This document shows, in pieces, positions 1-10,894 of a stretch of DNA of 64,000 nt; within the stretch, counting starts at the first letter, position 1, and the number at the start of each line of letters is the position of its first letter. The stretch is from an uncultured delta proteobacterium (lineage in GTDB: Bacteria; Desulfobacterota; Desulfomonilia; UBA1062): the NCBI GenBank assembly GCA_963752595.1, contig CAVVYZ010000014.1, positions 98,678-162,677 on the forward strand, in the 5' to 3' direction. Made by a program: the position numbers and the translations under genes. The notes below the pieces were generated by a model, which was given only the letters and a program-made list of their open reading frames with translations, was not told the DNA's origin and made no database searches.

Positions 1-195
1 ATTGACGGTAATGATAAGGTCCTGGCTCTGGGTCTCCAGCGCGCGCGACTCCACCTCGGGCAGATCGACCTTCATCCCCTCCTTCATCATGGGGGCAGAA
101 ACCATGAAGATGATCAGAAGCACGAGCATCACGTCCACCAGAGGCGTGACATTGATCTCTGCTACGTGCTTGCCCGGCTTATTATTCGCCATCAT
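1..195 (-). CDS. tolR: TolR/ExbD biopolymer transport protein (5' part; runs off window start)
   Basis: Manual translation [37 protein letters not shown]... contains the [19 protein letters not shown] signature; directly downstream of tolQ. Confidence 0.85.
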   Translation of the reverse strand, partial: MMANNKPGKHVAEINVTPLVDVMLVLLIIFMVSAPMMKEGMKVDLPEVESRALETQSQDLIITVN

Positions 196-896
196 GGGCG
201 AGACTCCTGCGGATGCGGTTCATGAAATCGATCTGGAACCGCTCCATCTGGGTGATGGCATGGGTAAGCTGGGAGGTGAAGAAATTATAGAAAAGCACGG
301 CAGGGATGGCCACAAAAAGGCCTGCAGCCGTGGCAATGAGCGCCTCGGAGATACCCGGCGCAACCGTTGCCAGGTTGGCCGAACCTTTAAGCCCGATCTC
401 CCGGAAGGAATCCATGATCCCCCAGACCGTTCCGAACAGGCCGATGAACGGGCTCGAATTGCTGATGCTCGCAAGGAACCCCAGTCCGTGGGAAAGCTCG
501 GACGTCTGGCCCGCGTTTTCGCTCCTGATCCGCTCCTCCACATTGACGAGCATGACGGAAGGAACCCCCTGGCCCCTGACGTTCAGCTTCTTGAGCTCGG
601 AATGGGCGCCGTTGAACAGCTTTGCCAGCGGCGCAGTCGCCTGTCCTGTCCACCTGGTTGCGGAGCTCGTTCATGCTGGAGCCACCTGAGAGATGGTCAA
701 GAATTTCCTGGCCCCGCTTTCGCGAACGGGAAAGCACGACCCACTTCTGGATGATGATTCCCCAGGAAATGATGGAAAAGAGAAACAATATGAGCAGCAC
801 GAGCTTCACGATGGGGTCCGAGTCGACGACCATGGCGCCTACATCGCCCCTGAACTGAGCTGTTGCCGCATAGGCTGTTGATGTGAAAAACGGCAT
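182..896 (-). CDS. tolQ: TolQ/ExbB (MotA family) proton channel, frameshifted near 645
   Basis: N-part ([20 protein letters not shown]) in ORF 387..1052, C-part ([14 protein letters not shown]...[15 protein letters not shown]) in ORF 182..553; AGGAGG RBS before ATG 896; the +1 indel is probably a sequencing error. Confidence 0.85.
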
Positions 897-1048
897 GTAT
901 AAACCTCCTAATTGATTATCTATTTGGTATGAGCAGAGCCCGGCCCCTAAGGTAAGAAAGAGAATCCCGCTCCCCTCGTTCCGGTGCAGCATATGCGAAG
1001 CAGGGCTCGATTTCCATGTTTTTCTGCCTGAGGACAGACCCTGGCCCC

Positions 1049-2035
1049 TCATTTCCTCAACTCTTTCGGTAGCGTTATGGTGAACGTGGTTCCCTTTGGA
1101 CCTGAAACAAATGTAATATTGCCTGAGTGCATCTTTATGAGCCTGTATGAGATGGAAAGGCCCAGGCCGATCCCTTTGGGCTTGGTGGTAAAAAAGGGAT
1201 CGAATATCCGGCTGCGGATATCTTCCGGTATGCCTTTGCCGGTATCGCTCACCGAGATCTCGACATTTACTCCGCTACGGTCAAGATGAACCTCCATATG
1301 GCCGCCCGATGACATTGCCTGCAGCGCGTTTATGAACATATTCATGAGCACCTGCTGGATCATATCGGGATCCGCCTTGATCCTGACCTCCTCGGTGGGA
1401 TAGAATTCCATGATCCGGATATGACCCTGGCGGGCTGTATCCTGCACTATGAATAAGGTATCTTCAATGATCTTTTTGAGATCGCAATTCCGCAACTGAA
1501 GGTCCTTGGGCTTTGCAAAATCGAAGAAATTGAGCAGGAGCTTGTTGAGCCTGTCGATCTCGACGATGATCCTCGATATATAGGCACTCCGGTGATCGTT
1601 CTCCGGCAACTCCTCCTGGAGGGCCTGTGCCGTGGTCTTTATGCCTGCCAGCGGGTTACGGATTTCATGGGCAATGCCCGAGGTGAGCTCGCCCACCGAT
1701 GCAAGCTTGTCCATCCTCAGGATCTCCTGCTGGAGGCGATGAATCTCGGAAATATCGGTCAGGACTATTGCCGTACACCCGTTTGACAAAGGAACATGGC
1801 TGAACCTCACCGTTATTCTGTCATCCCCCCTGGTCCGGAACATGAGATCCTTCTCGCCGGTGCCTTGGTGCATGAGCGCCTCAATGTTGACCTCCCTGAG
1901 ACCTTGGTTGTCGAGGCCCATATATTCCAACGCCGCTTTATTCGCATAGGTGACTGCCCCTGCGTCATCCGCCAGCATGACCCCGGTGGGAAGTTCGTCA
2001 AGGATCTCGACCATTACCTTCCTGTCCATGTTCAT
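1049..2035 (-). CDS. Cytoplasmic PAS-domain sensor histidine kinase, NtrB/AtoS-like
   Basis: H-box IAHEIRNPL, N-box QVLMNMFINA, DTGKGI, FDPFFTTKPKGIGLGL; no transmembrane segment. Confidence 0.9.
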   Translation of the reverse strand: MNMDRKVMVEILDELPTGVMLADDAGAVTYANKAALEYMGLDNQGLREVNIEALMHQGTGEKDLMFRTRGDDRITVRFSHVPLSNGCTAIVLTDISEIHRLQQEILRMDKLASVGELTSGIAHEIRNPLAGIKTTAQALQEELPENDHRSAYISRIIVEIDRLNKLLLNFFDFAKPKDLQLRNCDLKKIIEDTLFIVQDTARQGHIRIMEFYPTEEVRIKADPDMIQQVLMNMFINALQAMSSGGHMEVHLDRSGVNVEISVSDTGKGIPEDIRSRIFDPFFTTKPKGIGLGLSISYRLIKMHSGNITFVSGPKGTTFTITLPKELRK

Positions 2036-2166
2036 ATACTAGCCAACATCCGATAAAACTTCCAGATAAATTTGTTCACCATTTGGCACTTTCTGCCTTA
2101 ATGATAAATTTATTTAATTACAAGTTTTTTTTATTATTTTCCGGATGGCATATGCCGAAGATTATA

Positions 2167-2218
2167 TTGACATGATAAGTTGTTTAATATATATGCCAAA
2201 AAGTGCCATTTGGTGTCA
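2167..2218 (+). promoter_or_regulatory. Putative dcw promoter (TTGACA at 2167) followed by three 10-bp-periodic repeats ATGCCA/GTGCCA/GTGTCA (candidate MraZ boxes)
   Basis: Repeats start at 2193, 2203 and 2213, just upstream of the mraZ start. Confidence 0.5.
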
Positions 2219-2236
2219 AATTGCTGAGGGTCAAAG

Positions 2237-2680
2237 GTGTTTAAAGGGCATTACATAAATTCCATTAATGATAAGGGACGCGTGAGCATCCCATCGAGAT
2301 TCAGGGATGTCCTGAACGGATGGGCTGCGGACCGCCTTATCGTCACCAAAGGCCTTGACCAGTGTCTCGTGGCCTATGCCCCCGAAGATTGGGAACGAAT
2401 GGAGAAGAAGGCAACGGCCCTGTCTACGGTCAGGAGAGCGGACATCATATTCAAACGGCATGTAATGGGATCTGCCGAGGAATGCCAGTTAGATGCGCAG
2501 GGGCGGATACTTGTCCCTGCAAGCCTGCGCGAGTATGCCGGTCTTAAAAAGAAATGCCTCTGCGTAGGCGTTACCGACCGCTTCGAGATCTGGGATGTTG
2601 ATACTTATGATGCGTATATGAAGGAGGCCTTGAAAGATCCCGAGAGCTTAAGAGACAAACTTGCTGAACTGGGTTTATAG
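2237..2680 (+). CDS. mraZ: Transcriptional regulator MraZ
   Basis: Two D/NxKGR-type repeats (NDKGRVSIP, DAQGRILVP); first gene of the dcw cluster. Confidence 0.95.
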   Translation: MFKGHYINSINDKGRVSIPSRFRDVLNGWAADRLIVTKGLDQCLVAYAPEDWERMEKKATALSTVRRADIIFKRHVMGSAEECQLDAQGRILVPASLREYAGLKKKCLCVGVTDRFEIWDVDTYDAYMKEALKDPESLRDKLAELGL

Positions 2681-2684
2681 GCCT

Positions 2685-3609
2685 ATGCAGCACGTCCCGG
2701 TATTGCTCAAAGAGGTGGTGGAGGTAATAATGCCCCATGACGGCGGCCGATACTTTGACGGCACTCTGGGATCCGGAGGGCATGCACGGACGATTCTCGA
2801 AAGCAGTTCCCCCAGTGGCCGGCTGGCAGGCACCGACCTCGACAGAGAAGCAATCTCACGACTTACGGATGAATTGGTGCAATACAAAGGAAGGGTTCAC
2901 CTTTTTCAGGGCAACTATACTGAGATAGACAGGATTTGTACCATGCTCGGATGGGACAGACTCGATGGAATTCTGCTCGATCTCGGGATGTCATCGACAG
3001 CCCTCGATGATCCCGGTCGAGGGTTTTCTTTTCTGAAGCCGGGACCCCTGGACATGAGATTCTCATCACAGGAAGACCTTACCGCGGAACACGTCGTAAA
3101 CAGCTATGAGGAAAGCAGGCTGGCATCACTCCTCAGAGCGTACGGCGATGAGCGGTTTGCAAAACGCATCGCGCGCCGCATTGTCGAGTCGAGGCCGATC
3201 AGCACCACCACAGAGCTTGCCGAGCATCGTGGGTCGTGCGATCCCGCGGCGTTACTGGCCGCAGAAGATCCATCCGGCAACGAAGACCTTCCAGGCCATC
3301 CGCATGGAGGTCAACAGCGAGATCGAAAACATCAATACATTCCTCCCGAGGGCAGCATCACTCCTGGCTCCCGGAGGGGTAATGGCCATCATATCATACC
3401 ATTCTCTCGAAGACCGTATCATAAAGCGTTTTTTTTCCGGAACTACCGAAGGTTTCACGTTCCCCCGGGGCCTTCCCGCCCCTGCCAAAGAAACCGGACC
3501 CATCCTCGAGAGGATCACGCGGAAATCCATCACCCCCACGGAAGAAGAAGTGGGGCAGAATCCCAGGTCCAGAAGCGCACGCCTCAGGGCAGTGAGGAGG
3601 GTCTCATGA
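2685..3609 (+). CDS. rsmH: 16S rRNA m4C1402 methyltransferase RsmH (MraW), frameshifted near 3222
   Basis: HVPVLLKEV, DGTLGSGGH, DLGMSS, PLDMR in one frame; HPATKTFQAIR, SYHSLEDR, NPRSRSARLR in the next. Confidence 0.92.
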
Positions 3610-3896
3610 AGACAAGGATATCCCTTGAGATACTCCCCTCCACGATTATCATCCTCGTGGTTTTCACGGCGTGGGCATTCTTCCATATCTGGTCCAGGCA
3701 TACGGCAACCGAGCTCGGATACAAAATATCCTCGGAGCAGACTGCGAAAGAAGAGCTCTTGGGCGAGGAGAAGTCGTTACGGCTGGAGATTTCAACCCTC
3801 AAGAGCTCCAAGAGGCTGGAAGCGATAGCACGGGACAAGCTGGGTATGAGGTCCCCAAGCTCCGATCAGGTGATATACGTATGGAACAACGAGTAA
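3606..3896 (+). CDS. ftsL: Cell division protein FtsL
   Basis: 96 aa, single TM plus coiled coil ending RLEAIARDKLGM; lies between rsmH and ftsI. Confidence 0.85.
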   Translation: MKTRISLEILPSTIIILVVFTAWAFFHIWSRHTATELGYKISSEQTAKEELLGEEKSLRLEISTLKSSKRLEAIARDKLGMRSPSSDQVIYVWNNE

Positions 3897-5596
3897 AGAT
3901 CATCCGCATATTCTTTGTCCTGCTCTTAGCGGTCATCGGCGGCCGAGCTCTTGATCTCCAGGTCATCAAACCTGACAAGATCCTCACCCTTGCACATAAG
4001 AAGTTCGACCACAGCATCAAGCTGAGTTCCTATCGGGGGGCCATGTACGATAAAAGCGGTCAGCCGCTGGCTATCAGCCTTGATGTGAAATCCATTGCGG
4101 TAAATCCCCGGCTTATCGACAACCCGGGACGCACAGCCTCCAAGCTCGCGAGAGCTCTGAAAATCAACGAGTCGTCTTTACGGAAGAGGCTCACTTCCTC
4201 ACGATACTTCGTATGGATCAAACGCCAGGTTCCGCCAGATGAGGTGGATGCCGTAGAAGCTCTGAAAATCAAAGGCGTCGGGTTCTATAATGAAGCGAAA
4301 AGGTTCTATCCCGAATGCGATTCCATGGCAAACGTGCTCGGGATCGTGGGAATCGACGGCCAGGGGCTGGAAGGTCTCGAACTCCTCTTTGACAATGTCC
4401 TCAAGGGAAAACCCCGGCAGATCGAGGCCCATAAGGACGGCATGGGAAGGATCATCTACGCCCGGGGGCTGCCGCCGGATGAGGCGAAGGACGGCTATAC
4501 CCTCTGGCTGACCCTTGACCGGCGGCTCCAGTATATCGCCTACTCCGAACTCGAACAGGTCGTCAAAGCCCATAGCGCCCGTTCCGGCTTTGCCATCATC
4601 ACCAACCCTGCAACCGGGGAGATCTATGCACTGGTATCGTTCCCGAGCTTCAATCCGAATATCGGCCTGTACAGGACCATCGACGGCCACAGGAACCGGG
4701 CAGTGGTGGATCTGTACGAGCCGGGGTCTGTCATGAAGCCCATGTGGATTGCCTGGGGGATTGAAAGCGGGATCTTCAAGCCTTCCCAGACGGTTTTTTG
4801 TGAAAACGGGAAATATACCTACCACCGGGTCGTCATCCATGACCATGAAAAGTACGGGTGGCTTCCCGTCAGCGACGTCATCAAATACTCAAGCAACATC
4901 GGAATCGTGAAGCTCCTCGACCCGGTCAAATCAGATGACATGTACGCGTGCCTCGATCTCATGGGCTTTACGTCGCAGACAGGCATCCAGTTCCCCGGCG
5001 AGCCCGAAGGCCAGATCAGGCAGCCCAAGCGGTGGACCATGGTGGATAAGGCAACGGTCTCCTATGGCCAGGGCTTCTCCGTGACCGGAGTCCAGCTCAT
5101 CTCTGCCTTCAATTCCCTGGTCAACGGAGGTACGCTCATGAAGCCGTACCTCATCGACCACATCACCGATGCCACGGGGAAAGAAGTGGAATGCTTCCGG
5201 CCGACCATAATAAGAAAGGTTCTGTCCCAGCATACTTCCGATCAAGTCCTGGAAATCCTCAAGGCCGTAGCCATGAAGGGAGGCACCGCCGAAGTTGCAA
5301 GCATGAACTCCTTCCAAGTATTTGGAAAAACAGGCACGTCACAGAAGATCGATCCCCTGACCGGATCTTACTCAAAAAAAGACTATGTTTCTACTTTCAT
5401 CGGAGGTATTATCGACGCGAGCGGTAAGCCAAGGCTCACCATGGTTATCAGCATCAACGAGCCGCAGCTGTATTACTATGCGAGCGTCGTAGCCTGCCCT
5501 GCATTCAAGAATATCATGCAGAAAAGCACAAGCATCATGGATATGAGCCCGAACATCACGGTAGCCAGCAAAGGAGTAGAGGGTGAAGGCATCTGA
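3881..5596 (+). CDS. ftsI: Penicillin-binding protein FtsI (PBP3)
   Basis: N-terminal TM, RGAMYD, EPGSVMK (SxxK), SSN, KTGT motifs. Confidence 0.93.
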   Translation: MEQRVKIIRIFFVLLLAVIGGRALDLQVIKPDKILTLAHKKFDHSIKLSSYRGAMYDKSGQPLAISLDVKSIAVNPRLIDNPGRTASKLARALKINESSLRKRLTSSRYFVWIKRQVPPDEVDAVEALKIKGVGFYNEAKRFYPECDSMANVLGIVGIDGQGLEGLELLFDNVLKGKPRQIEAHKDGMGRIIYARGLPPDEAKDGYTLWLTLDRRLQYIAYSELEQVVKAHSARSGFAIITNPATGEIYALVSFPSFNPNIGLYRTIDGHRNRAVVDLYEPGSVMKPMWIAWGIESGIFKPSQTVFCENGKYTYHRVVIHDHEKYGWLPVSDVIKYSSNIGIVKLLDPVKSDDMYACLDLMGFTSQTGIQFPGEPEGQIRQPKRWTMVDKATVSYGQGFSVTGVQLISAFNSLVNGGTLMKPYLIDHITDATGKEVECFRPTIIRKVLSQHTSDQVLEILKAVAMKGGTAEVASMNSFQVFGKTGTSQKIDPLTGSYSKKDYVSTFIGGIIDASGKPRLTMVISINEPQLYYYASVVACPAFKNIMQKSTSIMDMSPNITVASKGVEGEGI

Positions 5597-7037
5597 GATA
5601 GCCATGATCATTCAAGGCAGCAGGGTCAGGGGAGCAGAAAGGGAGTTTACGCGCCTCAAGGCGAATTCCCGCTCCATCGGCCCCGGAGACGCCTTCATTG
5701 CGCTCAAAGGAAGCATCTCGGACGGCCATGCGTTCATTCCAAACGCCGTCCAGGCAGGGGCACCGGTCGTCATCTGCAACTACGGGTACCCAGACAACGG
5801 CACGGACACCACCCTGATCGAGGTTCCCGATACAAAGAAGGCCCTGAAACAGCTTCTCCCGATACTCTTCCCCCACGCCCGCCTTTCGAGATTCGTCGGA
5901 ATAACCGGCACGAACGGCAAGACGAGCATTACCTATCTCATCGAATCCATACTCAAGTCTGCCGCGATGAGCCCCGGTGTGATCGGCACTATTAATATGA
6001 GGTATACCGGGATCAGCATCCCCTCGGATGTGACCACTCCCGGGCCCATCGACCTCTTCGCACAGCTCAATACCATGGGCCTTGCCGGCGTGGATGCCTG
6101 CGTTATGGAAGTAAGCTCCCATTCCCTGGACCAGGACAGGATCATGGGGATTACCTATGACTGCGCCGTGTTTACGAACCTCACTCAGGATCATCTCGAT
6201 TATCACAAGGATATGGAAACTTACTTCCTGGCCAAGAAAAAACTGTTCTCAGCAGAATACCTTTGCGGCACATCAATCATCAATGCGGACGACGCTTACG
6301 GCCGGAGGCTTATCTCAGAGGCACCTAAGGTAATTGCCTACGGGAAAAACAATGATGCTGCAATCCACATACAATCGCTTCAGAATACACCTGACGGCTT
6401 GATTATGGAGCTTTCCAGCCCCGTGGGCACCCTTCCCCTGCGCTCTCACCTCAGGGCTGAAATCAATGCATACAATATCATGGCCTCGGTGGGAGCGGCG
6501 ATTGCCCTGGGAATCAAATCCGATGCCATCGTTTCCGGTATAGAAGAGCTTGAGCAGGTCCCCGGCAGGCTCGAGCCGGTCAGGAATCCCTACGGACTCA
6601 ATATCCTGGTCGACTATGCCCATACGCCGGATGCCCTTCAAAACGTCCTGAAATCCGCTCGCGCCTTTACGAAAGGAAGGCTCTTATCGATCTTCGGCTG
6701 CGGAGGAGACAGGGACAGAGGTAAAAGGCCGATCATGGGATCCATCGCTTCCAGTCTTTCGGACCATGCGATCATCACATCGGATAATCCACGCTCCGAG
6801 GAGCCGCTTGCCATCATAGACGACATCCTTAAAGGAATCGGAGACAGAGCCAAAGTTTCCATCGAGCCCGACCGGGAGCAGGCAATCAGGCAAGGCGTAG
6901 CAATGATGAAGGAAAATGACTGCCTTGTTGTAGCTGGGAAAGGACACGAAACATACCAGATCATCGGATCTGAAAAGAAGTCTTTTGATGACAGAGAGTG
7001 CGTCCGCAAATGCTTAAGGGAGATATACGGTACATGA
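5583..7037 (+). CDS. murE: UDP-MurNAc-tripeptide synthetase MurE (meso-DAP type)
   Basis: GITGTNGKTS, MEVSSH, DYAHTPD, DNPR, GKGHE. Confidence 0.95.
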   Translation: MKASEIAMIIQGSRVRGAEREFTRLKANSRSIGPGDAFIALKGSISDGHAFIPNAVQAGAPVVICNYGYPDNGTDTTLIEVPDTKKALKQLLPILFPHARLSRFVGITGTNGKTSITYLIESILKSAAMSPGVIGTINMRYTGISIPSDVTTPGPIDLFAQLNTMGLAGVDACVMEVSSHSLDQDRIMGITYDCAVFTNLTQDHLDYHKDMETYFLAKKKLFSAEYLCGTSIINADDAYGRRLISEAPKVIAYGKNNDAAIHIQSLQNTPDGLIMELSSPVGTLPLRSHLRAEINAYNIMASVGAAIALGIKSDAIVSGIEELEQVPGRLEPVRNPYGLNILVDYAHTPDALQNVLKSARAFTKGRLLSIFGCGGDRDRGKRPIMGSIASSLSDHAIITSDNPRSEEPLAIIDDILKGIGDRAKVSIEPDREQAIRQGVAMMKENDCLVVAGKGHETYQIIGSEKKSFDDRECVRKCLREIYGT

Positions 7038-8406
7038 AGCTCAAAGCATGGGAAATTGCTGAGTGCACACAGGGAAGCATTGCTTCGGGAAACCCTGAAA
7101 CCTGCTTCACGGCAGTATCAACGGATTCAAGGACGGTTTCACAGGGTGACCTCTTCATCGCGCTTGAGCGGAGAAAACTTCGACGGCCATGTGTTCGTGG
7201 CCGAAGCCGTCTCAAAGGGCGCGGCCGGCGCAGTCGTGATGAGAGAAGGTATGCGCGGCAAGGGAACCATCATCTCCGTTGATGATACCCTGGCAGCACT
7301 GGGCAATATCGCCGGATATGTGAGGCGGCAGTTCAACCCCCTTATCGTGGGCGTTACCGGCTCTACCGGCAAGACGACCGTCAAGGAACTGTGCGCATCG
7401 ATCCTCTCCCTTGACGGAGAATGCCTCAAGACGGATAAAAACTACAACAATCTCATCGGCGTCCCTCTGTGCCTGCTCACGCTGAACGATGCGCACAAGT
7501 ATGCCGTCATCGAAATGGGCACGAACCGCTTCGGCGAGATCGACCGGCTCTCATCCATTACCCGTCCCAATGCCTCGATCCTGACCAACATCAACCCGGT
7601 GCACTTAAGCGGCCTCAGGAGCATCTCCGGCATCATCAAGGAGAAGCAGGCAATTTTTAAGAATACCATGAAGGACGGGTTCGCCGTCATTGATCCCCAC
7701 CATGGAGCACATGGACAAGGTGGAGATTCCGGGCAACCTGAACGTTATCACCTACTCCACATCAGGACCTGCGGATGTGACATTGAACAAAGTTCTCTAC
7801 CAGGGTCTCGACGGCACGGAGATCAGCATGGGTATCGGCGGAGAAGTCGTCCATACGCACGTCCCGCTGCCGGGAATGCACAATGTGTCCAACGCCCTGG
7901 CTGCAGCAGCCTGCGCCATGGGGCTGCATATCGACCCTGAGAAAATTTCAAAGGGCATCATGGATGCCAGGTTCCCGGGCATGCGTTCGGAGATCATCGT
8001 CTCCGACCACATTTCCATCATCAACGACTCCTACAATGCCAATCCGGCATCCGTGAAGGCTGCCCTGCAGATGCTCACGTCATCCCCCCACAGTTTCCGG
8101 GTAGCGGTTCTCGGCGATATGCTGGAGCTGGGGAACGAGGCAGAGTACTGGCACATGCAGCTGGGCCAGTGGGTCGCACAGACCGGCATCGACAGGCTCG
8201 TCGTTACCGGAGAGATGTCCGGAATCATCTCGGAATCGTCGATCAAAAACGGCATGGATGCCGGGAGAGTCCACATTGCAAAGGACTTAAGCGAGATTAT
8301 CGCATGCCTTTCGGATGTGCTCGACAAGGACGCCATCGTCCTGGTCAAGGCCTCCCGGGCTTTGCGCCTGGATGAAGTGGTAACCCATCTGAAGGCGGTG
8401 GCATAA
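7034..8406 (+). CDS. murF: MurF, with two frameshifts (~7165 and ~7697)
   Basis: STDSRTV / GENFDGH, GVTGSTGKTT, NNLIGVP / INDSYNANP, VLGDMLELG, LVKASR spread over three overlapping ORFs. Confidence 0.9.
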
Positions 8407-9486
8407 GTGATCTATCATCTCCTCTATCCCCTTCACGCCGACTTCATCTTCTTTAACGTCTTCAAGTACATCACCTTCCGGGCCATCTATGCCACGATTA
8501 CGGCGCTCATCATCAGCCTAGTGCTGGGGCCGTGGTTCATCAGGAAGCTCACGGAGCTCAAGCTCAAAGAACGGATCAACGGCAACTGCCCGAAGACCCA
8601 CGCGGGAAAATCCGGCACCCCCACCATGGGCGGTATGCTCATCATCTTTGCCGTGGCGCTCTCGACGCTCCTGTGGGTCGATCTCAAGAATCTCTACATG
8701 TGGCTCGGGATGCTCATACTCCTGACCTTCGGCCTCGTGGGTTTCGTCGATGATTACATAAAGACGGTCAAGGGGAACATGCACGGCGTATCCGGACGTG
8801 TACGGCTCCTCATAGAATTCGCCGTGGCAGCGATAGTGGGTTATGTGCTTGTCAACATCCCCGGGTTCGACCGCTCCATCGTGATACCCTTCTTCAAGCA
8901 CTTGACCATCAACCTGGGCGTACTTTACATCCCCTTCGCCATGCTCGTGATCGTGGGCTCCGCAAATGCGGTCAATCTCACCGACGGTCTTGACGGCCTG
9001 GCGATCGGGCCGGCCACCATAGCGGCGGCTACATATCTCATCTTTGCCTATGTGACCGGGAACATCAAGGCGGCCACCTACCTCCAGTTCCCCTTCTTCT
9101 CGGGAGTGGGCGAACTCGCCATCTTCCTCGGCGCCGTTGTGGGCGCAGGCATGGGGTTCCTCTGGTACAATTCCTATCCTGCCCAGATGTTCATGGGCGA
9201 TGTCGGTTCCTTAAGCCTTGGAGGCATCCTGGGCGCCGCGGCGCTGATGACGAAGCAGGAAATCCTGCTGCTGGTGGTCGGCGGGATATTTGTCATGGAA
9301 GTCGTGTCCGTGATCCTTCAGGTGGGCTTCTTCAAGTACACCAACGGCAGGCGGATATTCAGGATGGCACCCATCCATCATCACTTCGAGCTCAAAGGAT
9401 GGCCGGAGCCCAAGATTATCGTGAGGTTCTGGATCATATCCATATTTTTGGCCATGCTGGCCATATCGACACTGAAATTGAGGTAA
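8407..9486 (+). CDS. mraY: Phospho-N-acetylmuramoyl-pentapeptide transferase MraY
   Basis: [36 protein letters not shown]. Confidence 0.97.
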   Translation: MIYHLLYPLHADFIFFNVFKYITFRAIYATITALIISLVLGPWFIRKLTELKLKERINGNCPKTHAGKSGTPTMGGMLIIFAVALSTLLWVDLKNLYMWLGMLILLTFGLVGFVDDYIKTVKGNMHGVSGRVRLLIEFAVAAIVGYVLVNIPGFDRSIVIPFFKHLTINLGVLYIPFAMLVIVGSANAVNLTDGLDGLAIGPATIAAATYLIFAYVTGNIKAATYLQFPFFSGVGELAIFLGAVVGAGMGFLWYNSYPAQMFMGDVGSLSLGGILGAAALMTKQEILLLVVGGIFVMEVVSVILQVGFFKYTNGRRIFRMAPIHHHFELKGWPEPKIIVRFWIISIFLAMLAISTLKLR

Positions 9487-9491
9487 GGCTT

Positions 9492-9626
9492 ATGAAAGAA
9501 AAAGAGACCGAACTCGATTACTTGCAGATGCTTATCAGATTCTACATGGATCATGAGGACAAGGTGATCGCCTCGCTCCTCATGAGGATCAGCCAGAGCA
9601 TAGAAAGGATGAAAGCTTGCGCATAG
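9492..9626 (+). CDS. Putative 44-aa hypothetical protein between mraY and murD
   Basis: MKEKETELDYLQMLIRFYMDHEDKVIASLLMRISQSIERMKACA fills the 130-bp gap and overlaps the murD start. Confidence 0.5.
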   Translation: MKEKETELDYLQMLIRFYMDHEDKVIASLLMRISQSIERMKACA

Positions 9627-10894
9627 TAGTTTGGGGGACAGGTCAAACAGGCCTGTCCACGGCAGAAGAAATGATCAGACAGGGTCATGAGGTACGCCTC
9701 GTGGACGAGAAGGTTCCCAAGGATTTGGGGAGTATGCCGGTCAAGTTATTGGAAAGGGAAGATATCCAATGGGCCGATCTCGTGATCCCGAGCCCCGGAA
9801 TACCGAGGTTCCACCCCCTCTTAAAGGAAGCAAAGGCGGTGCTTTCCGAGATAGAAGTCGCTTCATCGCTTCTGACAGGAACCCTGATCGCCATCACCGG
9901 TTCGAACGGCAAGACAACGACCACGACACTCATCCACAGAATCCTTGAGAAGGCAGGCCTCGATGCCGGGATCGGGGGCAACATCTCGCCGCCTTTAATC
10001 TCGCTGGTGCAGCGGAATCCCCGGTACGTCGTTGCCGAGATCAGCTCCTTCCAGCTCGAATGGATAGAAAAGTTCAGGCCGCAGATCTGCGTCTGCCTGA
10101 ATATTACGCCCGATCACCTCGACAGGTACCGGGATATCGACGAGTACGTCTTTTATAAAAAGATCATCTTCAAAAACCAGGTGGAGAGCGACATAGCCGT
10201 GGTAAGCGATGACGACCCCTATCTGAAGGACCTCGAAGGCACGGCGAAAAGGGTAGCCTTTTCGTTCTCACGACCCACAACCACTGACGGGGCATTCATC
10301 GAGGGCTCGCGCATATACTTCCAGGGCAGCATCGAAGGGCCCGGACCAAAGGTTCCGGACGGCAGCCATATCAGCAAAGGCCTGAAGGAGGACATGCTCG
10401 CCTCGGCCCTGGTAGCCAGGCTCCTGGGGGTGGATTCAAAAGCGAGTGAAGAGGTGTTTGCAGCTTTCAAGGGAATCCATCACCGGTTCGAGTACGTGGC
10501 AACCGTCAAAGGGGTGACCTTCATCGATGATTCCAAGGCAACCAACGTGGGTGCCGTGGATACGGCACTTGCCGGCATGGAGGGCCCAGTCATCCTGATC
10601 CTCGGAGGGAAGGACAAAGGCGGTGACTTCCGCCCCATTGCAGAGCAGCACAAGGAAAAGATCCGTAAATGCTTCGTCATCGGCGAGGCTAAAGAGAGGA
10701 TCATGGGCGAGGTATCGGGCATTGTCGATGCCGTGCCTGTTGCCGATATGCTGCAGGCCGTAACGCTGGCATTCGAAAGCGCCAGAAGCGGGGATACGGT
10801 TCTTTTGAGCCCGGGATGTGCCAGTTTCGATATGTTCAAGAGCTATGCTCATAGAGGAGAAGTGTTTCAGGGATGCGCGCACGCGATCAAATAG
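9617..10894 (+). CDS. murD: MurD D-glutamate ligase
   Basis: SPGIP, ITGSNGKTTTT, EISSFQLE, DHLDRY, DDSKATN, SPGCASFD. Confidence 0.95.
   Translation: MRIVVWGTGQTGLSTAEEMIRQGHEVRLVDEKVPKDLGSMPVKLLEREDIQWADLVIPSPGIPRFHPLLKEAKAVLSEIEVASSLLTGTLIAITGSNGKTTTTTLIHRILEKAGLDAGIGGNISPPLISLVQRNPRYVVAEISSFQLEWIEKFRPQICVCLNITPDHLDRYRDIDEYVFYKKIIFKNQVESDIAVVSDDDPYLKDLEGTAKRVAFSFSRPTTTDGAFIEGSRIYFQGSIEGPGPKVPDGSHISKGLKEDMLASALVARLLGVDSKASEEVFAAFKGIHHRFEYVATVKGVTFIDDSKATNVGAVDTALAGMEGPVILILGGKDKGGDFRPIAEQHKEKIRKCFVIGEAKERIMGEVSGIVDAVPVADMLQAVTLAFESARSGDTVLLSPGCASFDMFKSYAHRGEVFQGCAHAIK

Noticed and set aside
2082-2210. TGGCAC motifs near mraZ as sigma-54 promoters
   Set aside because: GG-to-GC spacing is 8 or 9 nt rather than the required 10
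2661-3896. Apparent RsmH-FtsL fusion in the ORF track
   Set aside because: Artefact of the +1 indel at ~3222; rsmH and ftsL have their own stop and start with an ATGA overlap
7034-8406. Programmed frameshifting in murF, rsmH or tolQ
   Set aside because: No slippery heptamers or stimulators at the sites; the pattern fits random sequencing indels
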